Below, one piece after another: positions 28,502 to 37,044 of a DNA stretch of 64,000 nucleotides (its first letter is position 1; every line of letters starts with the position of its first letter). The notes under the pieces were generated by a model. That model made no database searches. It was not told the origin of the DNA and saw nothing but the letters and a program-made list of their open reading frames with translations. This DNA is from Clostridia bacterium (GTDB lineage: Bacteria > Bacillota > Clostridia > RGIG6154), in the NCBI GenBank assembly GCA_017410375.1, contig JAFQQW010000051.1:12524-76523 (forward strand). The letters are read 5' to 3'. Position numbers and translations under genes: made by a program.

Positions 28502-29299
28502 ATGGCATTGCATCATTCTCACAATTCTGTCGGAAATTTCGACTATAAGGCAAGCATCTATAAACCCTGGTCGATACCTGCACATTTCCATAGAAATTAT
28601 GAATTGATTTACATTTACGAAGGCACCTTGGACATATTTGTTCACGGAGAGCGCTTCACCCTTTCAGAAGGTGATTTTTTCCTGATTCGCCCCAATTCCA
28701 TACACTCCTTCACGGTAACCGAAGAACAAAAGGTATGGGTAGCCGTATTTTCGGATGATTATGTCTATAAATTTGCAAAAGAGTATGAAAACTCCCAGTT
28801 TTCAAAATTCAGATGCGACCCTGATATTGAAGTATTCTTAAAGAAATATTTATTAATAGGCGGAATACCTCCGCTGTATATAATCATTTCATGTTTAAAC
28901 TTAGTTTGTGATGCCTGCATCAACAATGCAACCGAAATCACAACGCAAGAAATAAATATGAATGTATTTAATCAAATTTATGAATATATATCGAAAAATT
29001 ACAATAAAGCACTGTCTTTAAAAGAATTAGCCCGTGCGCTTGGCTATGAATACCATTATGCCTCCCTTTTGTTTCACAAATATTTTAATATGAATTTCAA
29101 AGCCTTTATCAATCTGTACCGGGTGCAGCTTGCCTGTGATTTTTTATTAACCACGAGCAAGGATATCCTCTCCATTTCCATCGAATGCGGCTTTGACAAC
29201 CTACGTAATTTTAATTATGTATTCAAAAATTATACCGGTCAAACACCTTCACAATACAGAAAGCATATTAGCAAACCAAATATACAAATTTCAAATTGA
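28502..29299 (+). CDS. AraC-family regulator (cupin + HTH), divergent from giant gene 1
   Basis: Cupin-like N-terminus (HFHRNYELIYIYEG) and C-terminal AraC HTH (LRNFNYVFKNYTGQTPSQYR). AAAGGAGGA SD. Confidence 0.85.
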   Translation: MALHHSHNSVGNFDYKASIYKPWSIPAHFHRNYELIYIYEGTLDIFVHGERFTLSEGDFFLIRPNSIHSFTVTEEQKVWVAVFSDDYVYKFAKEYENSQFSKFRCDPDIEVFLKKYLLIGGIPPLYIIISCLNLVCDACINNATEITTQEINMNVFNQIYEYISKNYNKALSLKELARALGYEYHYASLLFHKYFNMNFKAFINLYRVQLACDFLLTTSKDILSISIECGFDNLRNFNYVFKNYTGQTPSQYRKHISKPNIQISN

Positions 29300-29346
29300 T
29301 AATAACTTCTATCTAATATTATACAACTTTTATCGTGCATTGGAAA
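29299..29346 (-). repeat. Right arm of the 48-bp inverted repeat; a full inward-facing promoter copy
   Basis: It begins at the last base of the AraC stop codon. The minus strand reads TTTCCA (29341-29346), 17 nt, TATAAT (29318-29323), pointing antisense into the AraC gene. Confidence 0.75.
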
Positions 29347-29368
29347 GATAAATACGTTAGAATAAAAT
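29340..29368 (+). promoter_or_regulatory. Candidate promoter of the MBL-fold gene (its -35 overlaps the antisense promoter -35)
   Basis: TTGGAA (29340-29345), 17 nt, TAAAAT (29363-29368). Confidence 0.4.
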
Positions 29369-29414
29369 CAATAACTGGTATCGGAAATAATGAAAACGAA
29401 AAGAGGACAAACTT

Positions 29415-30239
29415 ATGAAAATTGTTCAGTTGACCAACAAAACCGCTTATCAGACCATGGGTTATGTTTTACAGTCAAAAACTGGCGAAGTACTTGTTAT
29501 TGATGGCGGTATAACAGGAAATGATGCGGAACTTTACAGGGTTATAAAAAAACTCGGCGGTAATATTTGCTTATGGCTTATTACGCACCCGCACAATGAC
29601 CACTATGATGCAGTTATTGAGCTGCTTGCCAAATATAAAGATGTCACCTATGAAAAAATGGGCGCCGCTGTGTTACCTGATTCGTGGGCAGACGATATAA
29701 ACGAAGAAGAACGAAAAGAACTGCATAACTGGAACGCTTTTGCCAAAACACTGGGTGACAGACTTTTTGAAATCAAAGAAGGTATGCAGTTTTCCCTTGG
29801 CAGTATGAAAGTGGAGGTTCTTGCCGGAAACAATCCCGATTTAAAGACAAATCCTATTAATGATCAGTCTTGCGTCTTTAAAGTTTCCGAAGATAATTTC
29901 AGCATTCTGTTTTTAGGAGATTTAGGTGCTGAAGGCGGAAACCGTCTGCTTTCCAAGCCCTGCGATTTAAAATGTACGGCAGTTCAGATGGCACACCATG
30001 GACAAGGCGGCGTTACGGAAGAAGTGTATAAAGCCATTGAGCCTGAATTTGCTTTTTGGCCGACACCCGACTGGTTATGGGAAAACAGAAAATATTTGGG
30101 AGAAGGAGAAATCGGAGAAGGTCCTTTTGAAACGCCCAAAACTGCAGAATGGATGAAATCCCTTGGCACAAAAAACATTTTTTCTTTTGACCACACGATA
30201 CTATTTGATACAACCACAATGACCACAACCGAATTTTAG
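29415..30239 (+). CDS. MBL-fold metallo-hydrolase
   Basis: H-x-H-x-D-H motif (ITHPHNDHYDAV), later MAHHGQGG. 274 aa. Confidence 0.8.
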   Translation: MKIVQLTNKTAYQTMGYVLQSKTGEVLVIDGGITGNDAELYRVIKKLGGNICLWLITHPHNDHYDAVIELLAKYKDVTYEKMGAAVLPDSWADDINEEERKELHNWNAFAKTLGDRLFEIKEGMQFSLGSMKVEVLAGNNPDLKTNPINDQSCVFKVSEDNFSILFLGDLGAEGGNRLLSKPCDLKCTAVQMAHHGQGGVTEEVYKAIEPEFAFWPTPDWLWENRKYLGEGEIGEGPFETPKTAEWMKSLGTKNIFSFDHTILFDTTTMTTTEF

Positions 30240-30249
30240 TCAAAAATTA

Positions 30250-30290
30250 CACAAAAACGAAACACCCCCACCATTTCAGGTGGGGGTGTT
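30250..30290 (-). terminator. Rho-independent terminator of giant gene 2
   Basis: AACACCCCCACCatttcaGGTGGGGGTGTT (30261-30290), followed on the minus strand by TTCGTTTTTGT. It starts 8 nt after the stop at 30298. Confidence 0.65.
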
Positions 30291-30297
30291 TATTAAG

Positions 30298-33200
30298 CTA
30301 ATTAATTGTTTTTGCAGGCAACAAAGGCGTCAGATTTGTACCATTATACAAGTCATTTTCCCAAACAAACAGCTTCTGATTTTCATTCAAAGTGTACACT
30401 TTAGAATTATTGACGCTTACAATTGCTTTATCCACCGTAAAAGATGTCATTCTGTTATCATCATAAGTAACAATTGCAACAAAGCAGTACTTTGCACCGT
30501 CACATTGCACAATGTACTGATTTCCATCCTGCACAATTTTAAGTTCTCCGTCTGTTTTGGCATCTACAATATAAAGATTTGACCAATCATAGGCTGTAGT
30601 CGCGCCATGGGTTACATTGATTACACCTTGTTTTTCGCCTATGTAATTTCCGTCACTATCATATTTGTGACAGTTATCTATATGCGCAAGATAAAATTGG
30701 GATACCGTAAAATCAGTTCTGGACTTTGATGAATTGTACATACTTTGCTCAATTTTCACCTTGTCAAAGATAATGTATCCGCTTTCCACAACATCCGTAG
30801 TAGCCTCCACATCTTTTACTTCCAAATAACCGCTCAAATAGCAATCAGTCAATGCATCGTCTGCTTTGAAATCAAATCCCCCAAATGTTTCTTCAGAATA
30901 ATTTGAATCGCCAAGACAGAATTTCAATCTTCCTTTTGTGACAGGCGCACTCACACCTCCTGCTTGTGTAAGGTCTTTTAGTGACACAGGTTCAAAATGA
31001 TTTTTACTAACCGTTTCTTCCAAAACAACAGCCATCGGTTCGATTGTATGCTCTTCTGCCAGAGTTTTAACCTCGCCGTTCCCAAACTCTGTTTCTACAT
31101 TGAATACAATTTTCTTTGCTCTGTCATAAACCGGCAAATAAAATTCATAAGGAAAATGCGTGTCGGTTTCGGTATGCACCTCGGTATCTCCTTCGTAATG
31201 CCATGTAAGTGTGGATTTTACAATACCATTTTTGCCATCACCTGCCGGCACCCCTTTTTCATCAATGCGTGCTTCGGTAGACCTTCCGCCAACAAAGATA
31301 TAGCCCATATAGTTTCTTGGGTCAACAGAAAGTGCATAAGCTTTTACATCATAACCCGTTTCTGTTTTATAACCTTTCCAGGTGTTTTCTTCGTAACTGC
31401 TCTTATATGTATTTCCTTTATACATAAGTCCCATAGCAGAATTTCCCATATAGAGGTTGTTAGCATTCGGTTCATTTTCAAAAACAACCTTGCTATACAT
31501 AGGTGCTGCAATTCCGCTGCCTGAAACCGCAATTGTCCGAATACCTTTTGCAGGAATTGTAATTGTGACTGCACCATCCGTAACATCAACCAAAGATGCA
31601 TTTCCTGCTTTGTCGTAAACGGTTGCTTTTGAACCGTCTTTAACCTTCATATCGCTGTTAAAGGCAATTGTCACTGTTTGATCGACATCGCTTGCATTGG
31701 TAAGCGCAAATGCCGCTCTCCCATCTTTTCTGCCACCAATCCAGTCAATTTGTTGTGCATCGTATAAAGATGCACCTGTGATGGTCAGCGTCCCTTCTTT
31801 AAGCCACGGCCACATATCCGTTTCATCATACATTACGCCTGCCTCTGCACCGTAATGACGGGTATTAAACCACACATAGCCTTGGCTTCTTGTGGTCGGA
31901 AAGTCAACTTTTCCCTCGGATTTTACCCAGGCATTTGAGAACAAATAATCCTGAACTGCCGCCATAAACACCGGAATATGATGAAAATATAAGCTTGTGG
32001 AATCAAAACCATCTATCGGATAATTCGGAAGACCGGGGGTTAAATAATAGCTGTCGATATAATAACCGGGATAGTTTGCAAAGCGACCGACGATAGAGTT
32101 TCGCGCCATATCCATCATCAACTGGTCATCCGAAAGATAACCCAATCTCAAAATATCTCCTGCCCAGGTTGACATAAAAATATTTGCATTTCGGCCATAG
32201 CAAGTTGTAAACTGCTCTAACCCAAGACCAACACGAGAGGTTACCCAGAAAGGATATTCCGTATCATCAACCTGAAGAGCACTCTCCAGGGCACCGGCGG
32301 TTGCGCGCTTTACATAATTGCTGTCATTCGTGTTATCGACAACATCAACCATGGTTGCACCTCGACGGTAGCCTTGTCCGTCTTTCCACCACCAGGTGTC
32401 TTTATTAAAAATCCGACTTTCGTTTTTGATTTGCTCAACATCTGCCACATACATATCTGTTTTGCTGCTTGGCATATCCGTTGTTCTTAAAGATGGCAAA
32501 AATCTTCTTGCCGCTTCTACAGCACCGTCTAAATACACCGCATTGCCCGTTGCTTCATACATATCTAGCTGCGATTGAAAATGAGGGCTGTAACTGACGT
32601 TGATGAACAATTTATCATTCAAGTAATTTGTTGCAGCAGAAAAGCTTCTGTTTTCAATATAGGAATCCGCATATTCAATAGCTGTAGACAAGGACACATT
32701 TCCTGTCGCTCTGTCGTACCACAAGGCATCAGAAGGGTTTCCAAGTCCCAGACCGCCCGATTCAACGCTTGTTAACATAAGATTGCTTTTTGCAATATTC
32801 CGAAGGATTGGCATTTGACCGCGCGTCATCACATAAGCGCCTTCAAAGTTGGAGTTTCCAAGGTCAAATTGCGTTTTTGTCAATTCTTTATTAATGGGAC
32901 CTTCTGAACGGGATTCGTATGAAAATTCACTGTTAAAATGTGTGCTGTTGCGGGTAAGCTGTGTACCGATAGATGGTAATGTTCTTTCCATTAACAGTTC
33001 CTGATCCTCTGTTAACATATAGCATTGAAGATACGCCAATCCGTTAGAGTTGGTTACACGATAGGTATCTTCTATATTGTAGTGTCCCTGCATTTCTTCA
33101 TCCCAACCGCTCTTCTCATCATCTTTCATCAAATTCAAAAGATTAAATACGGTATCTGTCATGGATGCATAGTAGTTATCACGATAGTCGTAAACATTTC

Positions 33201-35583
33201 TTAAATCTTTTACCACATGCGCATAGCAGTCATACCACCCTCTGTTGTCACCGCTTGTTGAAATGGAGGCAAGCGGTCTGTATGCAAAGGTATATGTATC
33301 ACCTACAGAAAATGTTGAGTCCAATGTACCCATCAAAGGTGCAAAAACAGAAGGTTGCACACCACCGTTTTCACCCATCGTACCTAACCCAAAGTTGGAT
33401 TGTTCCTCTGTGTAATCGATCGTAAATTCTTTGCCAAGCACATCCTTTTTGGTGTAGCCCGGAACGGTATGGGTCCAGCGATAAGGTGCAATGGAATCTA
33501 AATCTACTGCAACACCTAAGGTGATTTCCTGCCCATTTTCATTTGCTTTATAGGTCATTTGGGTATGGTCGGTGGTAGAAAATTCTTCAGGAATCAATCT
33601 GGGGTCTTCCGGAAATCTTCTTTCCTGCCACCGGAATGGGGTTAAGATATACCCAACATTCGCTCTTGAAATTTCATTGGGATCATTAAAGAATCCGAAA
33701 GAATACTCACCGTCTAAGTTTGTGGTGGCTGTCACCTCAACCTTTGGCTCTAAATCCCCTTCCTCCAATGTCCAGATTGCTGTTATATCTGCAAGCTTTC
33801 CTTTGGCTGTCATTTTAATTTTGTTTAGCGCAAGTTGTTCTAACGTGCTTGGTATTAACCATTCCGGTTCACCGGAACGATATATATCATACGAATAAAA
33901 ATTATATTTCTCACCATTTACGGTGTAATCAACATAAAACCTCGGATAACGTCTCTCATCAACTATTTTTTGTACCGAGTCCGCACGAACCGCCAAAAAA
34001 CCTAAGCCGGTTTCATACTCTAAAACAACTTGATTCTGAACTTTCAATTCACGCTGTACCAAATTGGTTCCATCCGCTAATGTGCCTAATTTAAAGTTCA
34101 ATTCGGTTTTATCATTTTTCAATGACAAGGTTTGGCTTACACTTGTCATGGTTTGCTTTGCACTTTCAGGATAAGCAATTTTATCTCTGTATGCTAAATA
34201 TGACGGGAAAGCATCTGCACAATCCGCATAAGATTTAACATTTTCAAGTGTGCAGAAAGGATCCTGCGTAATCAAAATAGCGTCAAGTCTTGCAGAATTT
34301 GCTTTTGCATTCAGTTTGATTTCTATTTGCCCATTCTCTACCATAAACGCCCCTGAAGGGTAAGTTGCCTGCTCCCACGCCCATGCCGGTGTATTGCTGC
34401 TTGCAGTTCCCGTATTTGTTCCCGGATATTGGTGTGTGCCGAAAAATCTTGTATTTTTTGACGAATCCCCATCTATTGCGTTTTCTCTTTTGCGATATTC
34501 GGTACCATTTACAGAAATACTGAAAATTCTGTTTGCTGTTGAATAATCCGAATAATCACAGGTTCTGGCAAAAAGGTAGTAAGCGCCGTTTTCAACATCG
34601 TCAGTCTTAAAAACAGCGGATTCTTTCGTTCCGACGCTTTTTAAAATATCGGACGAATACAGGTTATATTTACCACTCTCATCATGAATAAAGTCATCTT
34701 GCCAGCTACCGAGCATCTGACTGCTTGTTGCAGGAATAAGATAGGAAGCATATCCATTTGGATTTGCAACCAATTTAAAACCAGAAAGTCTGGTGGTGCC
34801 GCCATTTGTTGAAGATTTAACCTCAAGGGTTTCTCCGCCCTTGCCACTAAATTCAACCGTTGCAACCTTTACCCAACCTGCCGTTTGTTTTGCACTTCCC
34901 ACTTCACAAGTGCGTTTATTTTCCTCAATATCCGTAAATGTAACCGAAACACTGCAATCCGACAATCCTTCGCCTACAAAGGATTTGTTCTCAGGCAAAT
35001 AATAGTAAACATCAGTTTTACCTGAAGCAGTTGCGGGCACCGTCCATTTTGCGTAGCCCGATCCATGATATGTCTTTGTTCCGTCAAAATTTTTCAATGA
35101 TGAAGACCACCAGTCTCTGAACTGATGGATATCTGTTTGATCCAAGTCGGCAGTCGATAAAAAGATTGGATTTGCACTTTCTGTTTTTAATGAGCCAATA
35201 ACAGCTGTTTTACCATTATCCGTAATGGTTACTGTATCTCCGTTTGTAAAATTGTAGCATCCGAGCTCATACCAATTATCAAAAGCTGCAATTAAGTTCT
35301 TTGTTGTCACTTTCCCTTCTGAAGAGATGTCGATTTTAATATTTGAATTTTTTTGGACATATAATCTTAAATTTGATTCACCTGTATCCGGCAATGTCCA
35401 TACAGCTGTTGCGCCCTCCGTCATTGCCGTTGCAAAATCAGAAGTTATCGTAAAACCATTGGACGAAAACGCACTGCTTGTTACCTTATATTCGATATTT
35501 CCTGTTGTTTCCGCTGTAGCCGGAACCGTTACCAACATGAATATAATGGCTACAATCAGCAATAAACTAATCTTTTTTTTCAT
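30298..35583 (-). CDS. Giant secreted multidomain protein, paralog 2 of 3
   Basis: Start moved to MKKKISLLLIVAIIFMLVTVPATA (ATG 35581-35583, GGGGGAAGG SD). It is collinear with paralog 3 over nearly its whole length, with identical runs such as TTDHTQMTYK, YDYRDNYY, STWAGD, GRFANYPGYY, SLYFHHIPVF, GYDVKAYALS, KKIVFNVETE and CYLSGYLEVKD. Confidence 0.85.
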   Translation of the reverse strand: MKKKISLLLIVAIIFMLVTVPATAETTGNIEYKVTSSAFSSNGFTITSDFATAMTEGATAVWTLPDTGESNLRLYVQKNSNIKIDISSEGKVTTKNLIAAFDNWYELGCYNFTNGDTVTITDNGKTAVIGSLKTESANPIFLSTADLDQTDIHQFRDWWSSSLKNFDGTKTYHGSGYAKWTVPATASGKTDVYYYLPENKSFVGEGLSDCSVSVTFTDIEENKRTCEVGSAKQTAGWVKVATVEFSGKGGETLEVKSSTNGGTTRLSGFKLVANPNGYASYLIPATSSQMLGSWQDDFIHDESGKYNLYSSDILKSVGTKESAVFKTDDVENGAYYLFARTCDYSDYSTANRIFSISVNGTEYRKRENAIDGDSSKNTRFFGTHQYPGTNTGTASSNTPAWAWEQATYPSGAFMVENGQIEIKLNAKANSARLDAILITQDPFCTLENVKSYADCADAFPSYLAYRDKIAYPESAKQTMTSVSQTLSLKNDKTELNFKLGTLADGTNLVQRELKVQNQVVLEYETGLGFLAVRADSVQKIVDERRYPRFYVDYTVNGEKYNFYSYDIYRSGEPEWLIPSTLEQLALNKIKMTAKGKLADITAIWTLEEGDLEPKVEVTATTNLDGEYSFGFFNDPNEISRANVGYILTPFRWQERRFPEDPRLIPEEFSTTDHTQMTYKANENGQEITLGVAVDLDSIAPYRWTHTVPGYTKKDVLGKEFTIDYTEEQSNFGLGTMGENGGVQPSVFAPLMGTLDSTFSVGDTYTFAYRPLASISTSGDNRGWYDCYAHVVKDLRNVYDYRDNYYASMTDTVFNLLNLMKDDEKSGWDEEMQGHYNIEDTYRVTNSNGLAYLQCYMLTEDQELLMERTLPSIGTQLTRNSTHFNSEFSYESRSEGPINKELTKTQFDLGNSNFEGAYVMTRGQMPILRNIAKSNLMLTSVESGGLGLGNPSDALWYDRATGNVSLSTAIEYADSYIENRSFSAATNYLNDKLFINVSYSPHFQSQLDMYEATGNAVYLDGAVEAARRFLPSLRTTDMPSSKTDMYVADVEQIKNESRIFNKDTWWWKDGQGYRRGATMVDVVDNTNDSNYVKRATAGALESALQVDDTEYPFWVTSRVGLGLEQFTTCYGRNANIFMSTWAGDILRLGYLSDDQLMMDMARNSIVGRFANYPGYYIDSYYLTPGLPNYPIDGFDSTSLYFHHIPVFMAAVQDYLFSNAWVKSEGKVDFPTTRSQGYVWFNTRHYGAEAGVMYDETDMWPWLKEGTLTITGASLYDAQQIDWIGGRKDGRAAFALTNASDVDQTVTIAFNSDMKVKDGSKATVYDKAGNASLVDVTDGAVTITIPAKGIRTIAVSGSGIAAPMYSKVVFENEPNANNLYMGNSAMGLMYKGNTYKSSYEENTWKGYKTETGYDVKAYALSVDPRNYMGYIFVGGRSTEARIDEKGVPAGDGKNGIVKSTLTWHYEGDTEVHTETDTHFPYEFYLPVYDRAKKIVFNVETEFGNGEVKTLAEEHTIEPMAVVLEETVSKNHFEPVSLKDLTQAGGVSAPVTKGRLKFCLGDSNYSEETFGGFDFKADDALTDCYLSGYLEVKDVEATTDVVESGYIIFDKVKIEQSMYNSSKSRTDFTVSQFYLAHIDNCHKYDSDGNYIGEKQGVINVTHGATTAYDWSNLYIVDAKTDGELKIVQDGNQYIVQCDGAKYCFVAIVTYDDNRMTSFTVDKAIVSVNNSKVYTLNENQKLFVWENDLYNGTNLTPLLPAKTIN

Positions 35584-35693
35584 ACCTTCCCCCATCACTA
35601 TAGAATTTGTTCTTTTTTGCAAATTTTGTAGTTAATTCGTATGCGTTTTTAAAAGCGCATGCCTACTATACTATGCATACTATACCCACATTA

Positions 35694-35722
35694 ATTGTAT
35701 AGCTTTCTCACTATTTTGTCAA
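35694..35722 (-). promoter_or_regulatory. Promoter of giant gene 2
   Basis: Minus strand: TTGACA (35717-35722), 17 nt, TACAAT (35694-35699), about 110 nt upstream of the ATG. Confidence 0.5.
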
Positions 35723-35792
35723 TTTTTCATGTAAAAAAGTTAATTTTTTTCGATAATATAGTAATTTTTATTCAAAACCGATAGCAGTTACA

Positions 35793-36131
35793 TTATCTCC
35801 CCCAAAAGATGTAGTATTTCATATCGATAAGGCATTGTGCAATGGCTGTTTCTTCCTCGCTAAGACGGGATTCTTTAAAGGGAAACGCATATAAAACCTT
35901 GTCTTTAAATATCATTTTGTCGATATAAAATCCATCAAGCAATCTATATATTGAGTTTATTAGCAAGAACAAAGTATCAGCATATCCGGTATCAATTAGT
36001 ATTAGCCCATCTCCTGTGTCTATCAAATGTGAAGATGCAGGGAAAGTTCCCACGAAATATGTGTTTCCAATAATTTTAAAAGGTTCAATCGCTCCCTCAT
36101 AATGATTTTTAAAAGTCTTTCTTTCAAACAT
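35793..36131 (-). pseudogene. Truncated MBL-fold remnant
   Basis: The first ~60 aa (FKIIGNTYFVGTFPASSHLIDTGDGLILIDTGY) match the N-terminal strands of MBL-fold hydrolases. The HxHxDH motif and the rest of the fold are absent, and the tail is unrelated sequence. Confidence 0.45.
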
Positions 36132-36157
36132 TTTAGTGTTTTGCTAACGGATGTTTT

Positions 36158-36901
36158 TTATTGCGTTTGCGTATATTTTTTGGGAGAAATTCCCATTTCC
36201 TTTTTAAAAGCTCTGCTGAAAGCATATATACTGCAGAAATTTAAGTATTCTGCAACCTCGCTTATGTTCATGTCTTCAGATTTTAGAAGTGCCGATGCAT
36301 ACCTCATCAGTAATGCATTTTTATATTTCACAGGCGACATTTTTATTTTTTCGCGAAACAGACTTCTGAAATGGGATTCGCTCAACCCGCAAAGTACGGC
36401 AAGCTCTTTAACAGACACAACTTTGTCGAAATTGGCTTCCAGATATTTTACAGCGGGACCGATTTTACCTAAGTCGTCGTTTTTATTCAGCTTCATCTCG
36501 AACATGGCGGCGATGCCGAACAGATTTGACAAAACGACATACTGCTCATTTTTGTAAAAGGCACGATGCAAATCATAAAACAGCCGTTTGCCATCTCCTC
36601 CTGCCTGAATCACTTCGGGATACACAGAAATAACAACTTCCTCATCTGTTTCCGGCTCAAAATCAGTTATGATAACCTCAGCAGTTTCAGATGTAATCAC
36701 AAAGCTGTAGTCTGACTTTTTGGGCAGATACACCGCATCATTTTCTTTGGCACAAAATGTACCTACCTTAGTTTCAAATATAAATTCACCCTTAACAATA
36801 AAGAAAAACGCCGCTCGTATTCGATTGTTTTGAGCAAGTTGTCTTTTATTCGGATTTCTGTGTACCACCGTTATATCTTTTACGGAATATCCTTTATTCA
36901 T
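36158..36901 (-). CDS. AraC-family regulator
   Basis: Start moved to MNKGYSVKDI (AGAGGTG SD). C-terminal AraC HTH (IYAFSRAFKKEMGISPKKY). Divergent from 37045. Confidence 0.8.
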   Translation of the reverse strand: MNKGYSVKDITVVHRNPNKRQLAQNNRIRAAFFFIVKGEFIFETKVGTFCAKENDAVYLPKKSDYSFVITSETAEVIITDFEPETDEEVVISVYPEVIQAGGDGKRLFYDLHRAFYKNEQYVVLSNLFGIAAMFEMKLNKNDDLGKIGPAVKYLEANFDKVVSVKELAVLCGLSESHFRSLFREKIKMSPVKYKNALLMRYASALLKSEDMNISEVAEYLNFCSIYAFSRAFKKEMGISPKKYTQTQ

Positions 36902-36992
36902 AGGTAATTCACCTCTTTTTTCATTATATATAACTTTTTTGGACAAGTCAATAAAAATCGTCGAAATGGTTAAAAAATAGTTATATTCGTTA

Positions 36993-37021
36993 TTGTAAAC
37001 AGCCAAATAATCTTATATACT
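36993..37021 (+). promoter_or_regulatory. Candidate promoter of DUF4838-like paralog A
   Basis: TTGTAA (36993-36998), 17 nt, TATACT (37016-37021). AAGGAGG SD before ATG 37045. Confidence 0.45.
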
Positions 37022-37044
37022 TTTTAAAAAAAGGAGGTTTAATT

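Noticed and set aside
28436-29346. IS element or invertible (phase-variable) switch formed by the inverted repeats around the AraC gene
   Set aside because: The only gene between the arms is an AraC regulator, with no transposase or recombinase. Both arms carry the same inward-facing promoter, so inversion would regenerate the same arrangement and could not act as an ON/OFF switch.
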